Shown piece by piece: positions 55,882 through 63,523 of a DNA stretch of 64,000 nucleotides. The stretch is from the IMG/VR virus record IMGVR_UViG_3300042691_044733, positions 62,980-126,979 of that record; one strand, given 5' to 3'. Under the pieces are notes generated by a model. The model was not told where the DNA came from and did not search any database. It was given only the letters and a program-made list of their open reading frames with translations. A program made the translations under genes and the position numbers. The first letter of the stretch is position 1. Every line of letters begins with the position of its first letter. The stretch comes from a virus.

Positions 55882-56256
55882 TTATTGCCTTTTACTTGAG
55901 GTACCTCTTATAAAACCTGTAATCTCCGCAAGATTAGATGTGATTGTGCTAAGGTGATTGAATATGATATCAATTTTTGATTCTAACTTCTGGTAAGAAT
56001 TAATGTTGTCATTTCTTACCTCATTAATCCGATCGTGGAGATTAATTTCTCTCTTTTCAAAATCTTTTTTGTTTTCTTCAAGAGCTTCCATTACAGATTT
56101 ATTAGATTCATTGTGTTTTTTTTCTAGCTCATCCACGTGAATATAAAGTTTATCTAATTGACGTTTTAATCTGAAATAAAACCCTAGTAGTGACGCTACA
56201 GCAATAGTAAGTGCAATTACATCTTTTAGTTCAAAGATTATGGAATTAATGTTCAT
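55882..56256 (-). CDS. Membrane-anchored coiled-coil protein (holin/lysis accessory-like)
   Basis: N-terminal TM VIALTIAVASLLGFYF followed by a coiled coil. Confidence 0.5.
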   Translation of the reverse strand: MNINSIIFELKDVIALTIAVASLLGFYFRLKRQLDKLYIHVDELEKKHNESNKSVMEALEENKKDFEKREINLHDRINEVRNDNINSYQKLESKIDIIFNHLSTITSNLAEITGFIRGTSSKRQ

Positions 56257-56305
56257 AAAAATAAAAAAATAGTATATAGTAATATAACAATTTTTTTATA
56301 AAAAA

Positions 56306-56806
56306 TTACAAAATAATTTCAGTAACAACTACATAAACTAATGTAGCTGACACTATAATTGTTGTAAACTTAAATACCTTAACCTGTACCCCAAGCTTGT
56401 AGTTATCTAATTTATATGCCCTATTATCTTTTTTCAGGGTTTCATTTTCTTTTCTTATAAATTCAGTCTGTGAAATTATTTTAAGATTTTCATCTTCTTG
56501 AAATCTAAGATCAGCTTTTAAAGAAGTATTAATAGCAAGTAAATCTTTATTTCTGTCTTCAAGTTCTCTAGCAATCCAGTACATAGTTACAGCATCTTCC
56601 CTATATTGTTCCTTCCATAGCATTTTTTCAAGAGTAATTCTTTCCTGAAATTCATTCAGGAAAACACCTTCCTCTTGTAAGTACTTAATTCTTTTAGGAG
56701 GTTCAGAAAGGGGCGGATTCTTGGGTGCTGAACTCTTTTGTCCAGATGCTATCTTTATAAGCATTAGGAGCAAGACGCAAAGCATTAATTTTATCTTTTG
56801 TTGCAT
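56306..56806 (-). CDS. Putative spanin-like protein
   Basis: Signal-like N-terminus, coiled coil and C-terminal TM; overlaps the upstream gene. Confidence 0.45.
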   Translation of the reverse strand: MQQKIKLMLCVLLLMLIKIASGQKSSAPKNPPLSEPPKRIKYLQEEGVFLNEFQERITLEKMLWKEQYREDAVTMYWIARELEDRNKDLLAINTSLKADLRFQEDENLKIISQTEFIRKENETLKKDNRAYKLDNYKLGVQVKVFKFTTIIVSATLVYVVVTEIIL

Positions 56807-57062
56807 TTCGTAATGTATTTAAATTGTTATTCAAAGTTTTAATTCTTTCGGTTCTCAGACTGTCTTTGTAAAGAAAAATAAGTTCTTCCTTTTCTCTATT
56901 GTGTCTACGCATCATTATAGTATCCCTCCTGGCAATTACTTGATTGTATTGTTGTTCAATCAGTAATTGTTGTTTTTGCATTCTATAATTATGAATAAAT
57001 ATTCCCAATACTATAAGCAATACCACCACTATAGCAGTGGAAATTATGTGTTTAGTTTTCAT
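56703..57062 (-). CDS. Putative i-spanin-like protein
   Basis: N-terminal TM IISTAIVVVLLIVLGIFI plus coiled coil, directly after the endolysin. Confidence 0.5.
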   Translation of the reverse strand: MKTKHIISTAIVVVLLIVLGIFIHNYRMQKQQLLIEQQYNQVIARRDTIMMRRHNREKEELIFLYKDSLRTERIKTLNNNLNTLRNATKDKINALRLAPNAYKDSIWTKEFSTQESAPF

Positions 57063-57684
57063 TTATGTGATCTGTTATTGAGTGTATTGTTGAAAGCGGT
57101 CTAAACATTTTATAAACTCCATCTCCTTCATTGCTTCCTTTCATATTTGTATTTCCCTCGTTTGTTATAATCATTGATTCATTTAGAAATCCATCAAAGA
57201 ATCCTGTGTGACCAATTCTTTTTAATCTTGGGTAATATAATGTGAAAACATCAGCTCTTTCAGGTTGTTTAATTATTTTACCATTTCTATATTTAAAATT
57301 CTTTTTGTTCTCTGCTGTAGGGGACCATGCTGTTATATTATTTTCAACTCCTGCTTTATCAAGACAAAAGTGAACATAGGCAGCACACCATGCATAACCA
57401 GGTCCTAAATTTACAGATCTTAAAAACTCTTCAACTTCTTTACCATCATTCTTACCTGTCTTTTCCCTAACTCCTACATAAGAGTTATATACTTTTATTA
57501 CTTCTTCCCTTTTGGATTTTTTCGTAACTGATTTAGGTTTTGGTGGTTTATATTCATATTCACCATTATCAATTACTGAAATATTTCCTATAGTGGGTTC
57601 ATCTACACGTATTGTGCAAGAATGAAACAATAAAGCAATAAGAGCAATAAAGAATAAATAGGTATGAAAAGTAGTTTTAACCAT
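57052..57684 (-). CDS. Endolysin, CHAP/NlpC-type cysteine peptidase with lipoprotein-like signal
   Basis: VGVRE..NDG..V..AWCAAYV..GHTGF..TNEGNT; N-terminal FIALIALLFHSC. Confidence 0.8.
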   Translation of the reverse strand: MVKTTFHTYLFFIALIALLFHSCTIRVDEPTIGNISVIDNGEYEYKPPKPKSVTKKSKREEVIKVYNSYVGVREKTGKNDGKEVEEFLRSVNLGPGYAWCAAYVHFCLDKAGVENNITAWSPTAENKKNFKYRNGKIIKQPERADVFTLYYPRLKRIGHTGFFDGFLNESMIITNEGNTNMKGSNEGDGVYKMFRPLSTIHSITDHINEN

Positions 57685-57968
57685 GTTGGTGTGTATTGAT
57701 AAATGTCTTTTATGTCTTTATTATCTGTATAATATTTTCTAAACCATCCTCTATGATATAAGTTTATAACCAAGTTTACCACCCCAACACCTAGAATCAA
57801 ATTATATGCTGCAATTATTGGAGCAGAAATTAAACCAGGTGCATACACACCTGATTCATTTCCAAATACATTTACTATGGTGTAGGTAGTTATTCCTATG
57901 ATAAGTATGAGGACTGGCGGCAGCCATGCAATATCATATAACAACAACCATTTTTTTATTTTCTTCAT
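57603..57968 (-). CDS. Putative holin (3 TM)
   Basis: Three hydrophobic segments; overlaps the endolysin; likely start MKKIKKW (ORF track 57603..57995). Confidence 0.55.
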   Translation of the reverse strand: MKKIKKWLLLYDIAWLPPVLILIIGITTYTIVNVFGNESGVYAPGLISAPIIAAYNLILGVGVVNLVINLYHRGWFRKYYTDNKDIKDIYQYTPTWLKLLFIPIYSLLLLLLYCFILAQYV

Positions 57969-58483
57969 AGATAAATTTGATTTTCTGAAATCCAAACTGT
58001 TCTAGCTAAACGTTCTTCTTCTGCTCTAGAGTCATTTGCATAATCTGCATACCTTGTTACTTTGGTAACGTATCCAATTCTTTCGATCTTTTGTGCAATA
58101 CACTCTTCATGCGTAAGTAATTTCTTAATAATAATTCCATCAGAACTCAATCCTAAGATCGCACCAGAATAATTAAAAGTTGTTTTTCTTGTTGCAGGAT
58201 CTGTAGATGCAGCAACATTGATTAGTATATGATCACAATCATACTTCAGGTATTCATCAGCTGGAGTACCATCAAGCATGTTTGTAATTGTAAAATCTAG
58301 TCTAGGTGAAGACTCACATACAGTAGCTACAAAGTTTCCATTGAATCTCGGATTCAATGGAGCAATGTAAGTACAGGTCCCATCAAGCATACCATACTGA
58401 AGTTTAACTCCATTATTAGTAGATTCTACTTTTACCTTCAATGTTGGTCCTACTGGTGTTAATGTCATTTTTGAATTCAGCAT
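57965..58483 (-). CDS. Hypothetical protein
   Basis: 172-aa ORF, no recognisable motif. Confidence 0.6.
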   Translation of the reverse strand: MLNSKMTLTPVGPTLKVKVESTNNGVKLQYGMLDGTCTYIAPLNPRFNGNFVATVCESSPRLDFTITNMLDGTPADEYLKYDCDHILINVAASTDPATRKTTFNYSGAILGLSSDGIIIKKLLTHEECIAQKIERIGYVTKVTRYADYANDSRAEEERLARTVWISENQIYL

Positions 58484-58484
58484 G

Positions 58485-59258
58485 TTAAATAAATTTTATT
58501 GTGTTTGTATCAAGGTCAAGTTCAACTTCATTAGTCCATTCTTTCTGACCCATTGGACTATTGATAAAAAATAATCTCATTTTACAACCTGGTTGTACAG
58601 TAAATGTGTGTGTTGCCACATCATATCCTGGGAATTGTCCATAAACAATATTAACTTTTTCAGCTTCTGGAGCAGTAAGAGCAAAGTGTTTAAGTCTTGG
58701 AATGTAATTAGGTTTCTGTAGATTAGGTGCTACACATTCCCACTTGCCACCAGTACTATCAATCATTTGCCAACTAATTGCAAAGTTAGAACTTGATTCA
58801 GGACTAAAAGGCATCCTCCACTGTGATACTGTATTCTGAGAAAGGAAATCCTTATAATATAACTTTTCAATAAAAGTATGATTAAAAATCTCAGTACCTT
58901 CCTTAGTAACAAAAGCATTGATAGAACTAAATTCTTTTAATTTTGCTTTTCTAACAAAGTACCTGTACTTACCAAAGTTAATATCATAACCTCCATTATG
59001 AGGTTTTGCAATAAAGTCTGTACCACTGAGTAATTCAGTGCCAATCAAAATATCTTCATCAAAAAGAGACTCTGCACCAAAATCTTTTGGAATGGTTGCA
59101 GTTATCTTTCTAGACCCAATCAATCTATTGTTTTGTATGACAGGGACAGAAATCTGAGTTGTTGTCTCAAAGGTCATTCCACACATAACATAATCCGAAA
59201 GGAATGCGTTATCTAGGTGAATACCAACAAGTTCTGGTGTATATGTAAGTTTATTCAT
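58485..59258 (-). CDS. Hypothetical protein
   Basis: 257-aa beta-rich ORF with its own host-type promoter. Confidence 0.6.
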   Translation of the reverse strand: MNKLTYTPELVGIHLDNAFLSDYVMCGMTFETTTQISVPVIQNNRLIGSRKITATIPKDFGAESLFDEDILIGTELLSGTDFIAKPHNGGYDINFGKYRYFVRKAKLKEFSSINAFVTKEGTEIFNHTFIEKLYYKDFLSQNTVSQWRMPFSPESSSNFAISWQMIDSTGGKWECVAPNLQKPNYIPRLKHFALTAPEAEKVNIVYGQFPGYDVATHTFTVQPGCKMRLFFINSPMGQKEWTNEVELDLDTNTIKFI

Positions 59259-59276
59259 TTAATGTATGTTTTCATT

Positions 59277-59307
59277 CAAAGGTAATTAAAAAAACTTGAA
59301 TAACAAA
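59277..59307 (-). promoter_or_regulatory. Bacteroidota housekeeping-type promoter
   Basis: Minus strand reads TTTG-19 nt-TACCTTTG, 18 nt upstream of the ATG at 59258. Confidence 0.75.
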
Positions 59308-59318
59308 ATAATTTCCAA

Positions 59319-59531
59319 TTATTCTGGTGGAAATAAAATATCAAGTTGCTGAAACGTAAGATTAGTAAGTCCTAAATAGTTCTTAAGTTCTACTGACGTA
59401 GAAAACGTCAAACCATCTACAACAGTGTCATTTACATGTAAAAAGATGATCTGTCTATCATGAGTAATCAAATGAACTTGAGTACTAGTAATGATATTTA
59501 TGTAAGCATAATCTTCTTTATTTATTATCAT
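59319..59531 (-). CDS. Hypothetical protein (possible fibre accessory)
   Basis: 70 aa; ATGA overlap with the fibre gene. Confidence 0.55.
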   Translation of the reverse strand: MIINKEDYAYINIITSTQVHLITHDRQIIFLHVNDTVVDGLTFSTSVELKNYLGLTNLTFQQLDILFPPE

Positions 59532-60598
59532 GGTCTTAAACGCATTATGTAATATCCTAGAAAAATAAAAGAATCTGAAGCACTTGCTGGATTAGCAGTA
59601 AAAAACAAATACTGAGTAACCGTCCAGTCAATAGAGCTACTTACTCCTTGAACAGTTGTTAGTATATCATCACTTGCAATGTTAGATGATGTTACATATC
59701 CATGTGTAGTTGCTCCTCTAACAAAAAAATCTCTTTTCATTTGTCCAATAGGATTTGTTGTTGCTAAAGTTGTAGATGCTAATAAAGCTGCACCAACTAA
59801 AGTATTAGCATTATTAACATAAATACCCATAGAACAAGTAGAGTTTGTTCCAGTATTCCTTCTAAGTCTTTGTCTGACTAATATTCCATCACCATTTTGA
59901 AAAGTATTTGCTGGGATAGTAACTGTAGCTAAAGCATTGACACCTGTAGAACTAACAGGTAGGTTAACCTCAGTAAAGTCAGTCCATATTTTAGTAGAAC
60001 TTCCTGTATAAGCTACAGTAAAGTTAGGATAGGTTCCTGTTACTGAAATATTAGCTCCAGCATTAATAACAACAGTTTGATCTGGTGCAGTATTAGTAAT
60101 AACAATTGTACCTGTACCTGTAATAGGATTCGTACCAGACAACCCAATCCCAGTTCCTGCTGTGAATCCTACAGAAGTAACAGTACCAACTGACCAGGAT
60201 CTATCAGCAGATAAATCAAAACTAGTACCATTTATAGTCAATGTCCTAGTTAATGGCACACCACCTAAGCCAGATAAAGAATAAACTGGAATGTTTAATA
60301 CATTACTACCAAAAGTTGCTGCTCCACTAGACCCAACTGTAGTTAGGGAGATAGGGTCCTGTTTTGAATTAAAAGTAACCCAATCTAAATTAGTAAGATA
60401 CCCACTCACTAATGCTGTAGCAGCAGGCATAGAAATATTAGGTGTGGCTCCACCAGAACTGGCAAGAGGAAGAGTTGCGGTTACAGCACTAACTCCGCCG
60501 CCCCCACCTGTTAATGTTTTAATTTTTCCATCTGGACCATGAATTACAATAAACCCAGGTCCAAACATATTTCCATTTATGTCAACAACTTGCATCAT
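59528..60598 (-). CDS. Tail fibre/head fibre-like protein
   Basis: Gly/Thr/Ser-rich repeats (VTATLPLASSGGATPNIS, SGYLTNLDWVTFNSKQ, TRTLTINGTSFDLSADRSW) typical of phage fibres. Confidence 0.7.
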   Translation of the reverse strand: MMQVVDINGNMFGPGFIVIHGPDGKIKTLTGGGGGVSAVTATLPLASSGGATPNISMPAATALVSGYLTNLDWVTFNSKQDPISLTTVGSSGAATFGSNVLNIPVYSLSGLGGVPLTRTLTINGTSFDLSADRSWSVGTVTSVGFTAGTGIGLSGTNPITGTGTIVITNTAPDQTVVINAGANISVTGTYPNFTVAYTGSSTKIWTDFTEVNLPVSSTGVNALATVTIPANTFQNGDGILVRQRLRRNTGTNSTCSMGIYVNNANTLVGAALLASTTLATTNPIGQMKRDFFVRGATTHGYVTSSNIASDDILTTVQGVSSSIDWTVTQYLFFTANPASASDSFIFLGYYIMRLRP

Positions 60599-60894
60599 GA
60601 TATATATCCATAAACTTCATAATCTGTACTAGCAGCAGTTGTAGTAATAACCAAAGAGTCCCCGTTTTTGAGACCATAAGGAGTACTATCAGTAAGAACA
60701 TCCCCAGCAGCTAAAGTAAAACTATAAATCTTTTTAGTACCAGAAGCCCTAACCAATTCTAATGTAACAGTATTAACACTAGTAGAGGTTACCCTAATAA
60801 AACTAATACTAGCTCCACTATTAGGATTACTAACTGTAACAATAGTATTTGCACCAGGAGCAAGCACTCCTTCACTAATTATTGTATTATTCAT
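60595..60894 (-). CDS. Small beta-rich structural protein
   Basis: Likely start MNNTIISEG at 60894 (ORF track to 60909); coupled to the fibre gene. Confidence 0.55.
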   Translation of the reverse strand: MNNTIISEGVLAPGANTIVTVSNPNSGASISFIRVTSTSVNTVTLELVRASGTKKIYSFTLAAGDVLTDSTPYGLKNGDSLVITTTAASTDYEVYGYIS

Positions 60895-60950
60895 ATATAG
60901 AATATACAAAAAATTTTTAAAAAATAAATTTTATTGTATGTTTTGCTTTG

Positions 60951-61004
60951 GAGGGGGTCATATATGTGACCTCCCCCCTCTCTTAAATATTCGGGGCTAC
61001 CCCC
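60951..61004. other. GC-rich hairpins at the late/early strand switch
   Basis: GAGGGGGTCA-tatatg-TGACCTCCCCCCTC and GGGG-cta-CCCC in otherwise AT-rich divergent intergenic DNA. Confidence 0.5.
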
Positions 61005-61109
61005 TAGCAAAAATCACCAAGGAAACAACCTATTAGGATAGAACATATCAAGGAAAATGTTTTGAAGAAATTTTTGTTTGGAACTCATCATTGAACTGAA
61101 ATCAATGTC

Positions 61110-61292
61110 ATGAGCACAACACAACAACGTAAAACACGTATTGATCTTGAGGTGGTTGCACCTCAAGAGTTAATCAAGATCCAACAGAAACTTAATACTT
61201 GGCACACAACCAAGACACTTGTTAAGTTTGAGACCCAACCATTAGCAGATGGTAGGATCCTGTTCAAGATCATCAGAGTACAAGAGGGTTAA
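61110..61292 (+). CDS. Small early protein
   Basis: 60 aa between a motif copy and a hairpin. Confidence 0.7.
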   Translation: MSTTQQRKTRIDLEVVAPQELIKIQQKLNTWHTTKTLVKFETQPLADGRILFKIIRVQEG

Positions 61293-61301
61293 ACCTCTTT
61301 G
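61281..61301 (+). terminator. Hairpin overlapping the stop codon
   Basis: AAGAGG-gttaaa-CCTCTT followed by T/G-rich sequence. Confidence 0.6.
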
Positions 61302-61369
61302 TTGTGTTTGACAGGAATGCAATGACATTATATTCGTTTGGAACTCAATACTGTAAATAAATAAATATT

Positions 61370-61618
61370 ATGAAACGTTTCAATTTAACAGCAGCAATCA
61401 TTTGTGGAGTGAGTTGTATTTATTACATGCTTGCATTCTGCAACAATCCACAACAGTTCACTGAGAACAGTGAGATGCATGTCACATTGTTCATGACATG
61501 TATCACGGGACTGTTATTCTTCAGCATGTCTGCATTACTTGATGATGCAAGAGAACAGATAAGTGAGAAGAATGATATAATCTTAGGTCTTCACAAGAGA
61601 CTGAGAGATAAGGGGTAA
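61370..61618 (+). CDS. Small early membrane protein (2 TM)
   Basis: 82 aa with two hydrophobic segments. Confidence 0.7.
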   Translation: MKRFNLTAAIICGVSCIYYMLAFCNNPQQFTENSEMHVTLFMTCITGLLFFSMSALLDDAREQISEKNDIILGLHKRLRDKG

Positions 61619-61626
61619 AACCCTTT
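61610..61626 (+). terminator. Hairpin overlapping the stop codon
   Basis: AAGGG-gtaaaa-CCCTT. Confidence 0.5.
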
Positions 61627-61677
61627 GAATATTATGTTTGGAACTCATTAATGTTAATAAATTAAATATTTAATCCA

Positions 61678-61878
61678 ATGGTAGAAACAATTCAAAACAC
61701 CAGTAAAGTGCCAACCAAAGTTGTAGCACGTAAAGCAAAAGAACTCAACGTACTAACAATCCTGAGTATCAAACATGCAGGACCACGTTCAACCAAAAGT
61801 GTTAAAGCACTGGTTGTCATGGAAATAACCATGAAGTTCACTGATGAAGAAATGAATAAATACAAAAGAAAGGGGTAA
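61678..61878 (+). CDS. Small basic early protein
   Basis: 66 aa between a motif copy and a terminator. Confidence 0.7.
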   Translation: MVETIQNTSKVPTKVVARKAKELNVLTILSIKHAGPRSTKSVKALVVMEITMKFTDEEMNKYKRKG

Positions 61879-61892
61879 ATCCCCTTTTTTTT
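61869..61892 (+). terminator. Rho-independent terminator
   Basis: AAAGGGG-taaat-CCCCTTT followed by a T8 tract. Confidence 0.8.
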
Positions 61893-61906
61893 AAATCTTT
61901 TAAACC

Positions 61907-62062
61907 ATGAAAATACAATTAGTTGTTAATGACATTATGGTCTATCAAGTCATGGGTGAAACACCTGAGACCAAACTCAAAGCAATTGAGTTAATTATTG
62001 ATGAATTAAAACTCATGAAGAGCACAGAACTCTTAAAACTTAGCAAGATTGGAGAGACATAG
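61907..62062 (+). CDS. Small early protein (51 aa)
   Basis: Not in the ORF track. MKIQLVVNDIMVYQVMGETPETKLKAIELIIDELKLMKSTELLKLSKIGET; AT-rich leader; stop lies inside a hairpin. Confidence 0.65.
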   Translation: MKIQLVVNDIMVYQVMGETPETKLKAIELIIDELKLMKSTELLKLSKIGET

Positions 62063-62078
62063 TTCTCTCCTTTCTTTT
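62051..62078 (+). terminator. Rho-independent terminator
   Basis: GGAGAGA-catagt-TCTCTCC followed by TTTCTTTT. Confidence 0.75.
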
Positions 62079-62127
62079 AATTATGTTTGGAACTCATTAT
62101 GGATAATAATCATTAATACATACACAC

Positions 62128-62553
62128 ATGAAAACAGTTTTAAGTTTAAAGCCAGCAGGTTCATTCCTTAAAGACCGTAAGGTTGACGGAGTAACAACAC
62201 GTGACCGTAGATACCGTTATGAGGTTCACGGAGAGAGTTCTGCTATAGAACAATACAAACAGGATATTGAACGTACCTCTGATGAAGGAGATAAGATCTT
62301 CCCACAGGGTGAGGAACGTGAAGGTAAACTGTTGTATTACACCTGGGAACCAATTCCTAATGGTGTCAAATTGATCCGTAATGAAAGGAGCAAATCCTGG
62401 TATGCAGATCTTGAAGACATGGATACCATGAACAAGATGCTGAAGAAATACGGAGAGATCGGTAAACTCATGGGGATTAAAGAGTTTAAGAAAACATTCA
62501 TCCCAAAGGTTGAGGAAGAACAAGAAGAAACAACCGATCTTGAGAATGAATAA
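62128..62553 (+). CDS. Early protein with acidic C-terminal tail (probable paralogue of 62883..63359)
   Basis: 141 aa. RYRYEV..EREGKLLYYT; tail EEEQEETTDLENE. Confidence 0.75.
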   Translation: MKTVLSLKPAGSFLKDRKVDGVTTRDRRYRYEVHGESSAIEQYKQDIERTSDEGDKIFPQGEEREGKLLYYTWEPIPNGVKLIRNERSKSWYADLEDMDTMNKMLKKYGEIGKLMGIKEFKKTFIPKVEEEQEETTDLENE

Positions 62554-62584
62554 AAAGTGGGGAGCAATCCCCCTTTTTATTTTT
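62552..62584 (+). terminator. Rho-independent terminator
   Basis: AAAAAG(T)GGGGA-gcaa-TCCCCCTTTTT with a GNRA loop. Confidence 0.8.
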
Positions 62585-62597
62585 ATATTTGGAACTC

Positions 62598-62750
62598 TTT
62601 AGTGATATTACATTTTTCCTTAAATCATAGACAGAAGACATAAGACATTATACTCACTGACAAAATGACAAAAGTGAGTAAATACTGGTATTCCAGTGGT
62701 GAGCAATCAGCACTTCACAATATCAACTCTGACAACATGTCAGTTTTATA
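62598..62750 (+). ncRNA. Putative structured small RNA (GACA-rich)
   Basis: Lies between two promoter motifs; several hairpins and six GACA tetramers; ends in a hairpin plus T4. An alternative 51-codon ORF (62665..62820) is not excluded. Confidence 0.4.
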
Positions 62751-62882
62751 TTTGGAACTCTGTAGTGGTCTTAAGTTTCGTGAATATACAATGACACAAA
62801 CCATTAGGGATATAGAGTAATATCACTAATCATGTAAAAGAATACTCTAATACACACATAAACATTTTAAAATTTACATCAA

Positions 62883-63359
62883 ATGAAATTGAGATTTTTA
62901 AACAGCTACAGAGCATCGGAGATGACACCTGAAGGTAGAATCACCAAAACCCGTTTCCGTTATGCGGTAACACAAGCTACTGAGGAAGAACGTGCTATGT
63001 TCAAAAAATGGAAAACCCAAGATGGTGAGGATTACTATCGTGAGGAGAAGGGTTTACCAATCCATGTAACTTCGGTATTTTATGCAAATGAAATTACCAT
63101 GAGAGGTTACAAAAGAGAGGACAACACTGTTGGGTTCAGCATTGATGACAGCAATGTAGACAAGATCACCAGCATGATGTCAGAGTTTGGAAGTAATCCT
63201 GCAATAGCAACAGAACTTGCAAAGATGGCAATTGCAGAGAGATCTAAAGGTATGGCACTTGACATTGAGAAAATCAATGATAAGAATGCTGAACCTGAGA
63301 ACAATGCTCCTGAACATGCACATGCAGGAACTGATGGTGAAGGACTTGAAGGAGAATAA
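62883..63359 (+). CDS. Early protein with acidic C-terminal tail
   Basis: 158 aa. MKLRFLNSY..RFRYAV..YYREEKGLP; tail GTDGEGLEGE. Confidence 0.75.
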   Translation: MKLRFLNSYRASEMTPEGRITKTRFRYAVTQATEEERAMFKKWKTQDGEDYYREEKGLPIHVTSVFYANEITMRGYKREDNTVGFSIDDSNVDKITSMMSEFGSNPAIATELAKMAIAERSKGMALDIEKINDKNAEPENNAPEHAHAGTDGEGLEGE

Positions 63360-63390
63360 CCAGGGGTGGTTAGATAGTTAGTTGGATAAG

Positions 63391-63424
63391 AATGGTAGTG
63401 TTGTAATGACACTACCATTTTTTA
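63391..63424 (+). terminator. Rho-independent terminator
   Basis: AATGGTAGTGT-tgtaatg-ACACTACCATT followed by a T-tract. Confidence 0.8.
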
Positions 63425-63523
63425 TTTATCTACCTTAACCCTTTAACTCTTTTACTCTTTTACTCTTATTTGATTGACTCATATCATTATTTTTAAAAAG
63501 TTATTAACAAATGATGCTAATTA

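Larger units (their letters stand above)
61077..62760 (+). promoter_or_regulatory. Six copies of the early promoter-like motif RTTTGGAACTCWNTANTG
   Basis: TTTGGAACTC at 61077, 61337, 61637, 62086, 62588 and 62751. All are in the same orientation and none lies within a confidently called gene. Confidence 0.8.

Noticed and set aside
3029-60542. Many short plus-strand or nested ORFs in the track (e.g. 18996..19430, 43096..43554, 46895..47131, 60291..60542)
   Set aside because: They are antisense or alternate-frame shadows of long genuine genes, with no motifs or independent expression signals.
61077-62760. TTTGGAACTC repeats as a CRISPR array
   Set aside because: The repeat core is only 10 bp, spacing is irregular (163-502 bp), the intervals contain genes and terminators, and there is no cas operon.
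62665-62820. 51-codon ORF MTKVSKYWYSSG...
   Set aside because: Not listed as a CDS: the ATG lies in a hairpin loop, and the frame runs through a terminator-like hairpin and the next promoter motif, unlike every other cassette. It cannot be fully excluded.
62161-63418. Minus-strand ORFs 62161..62523, 62337..62567 and 63107..63418
   Set aside because: They are antisense to plus-strand genes that have promoter motifs and terminators.
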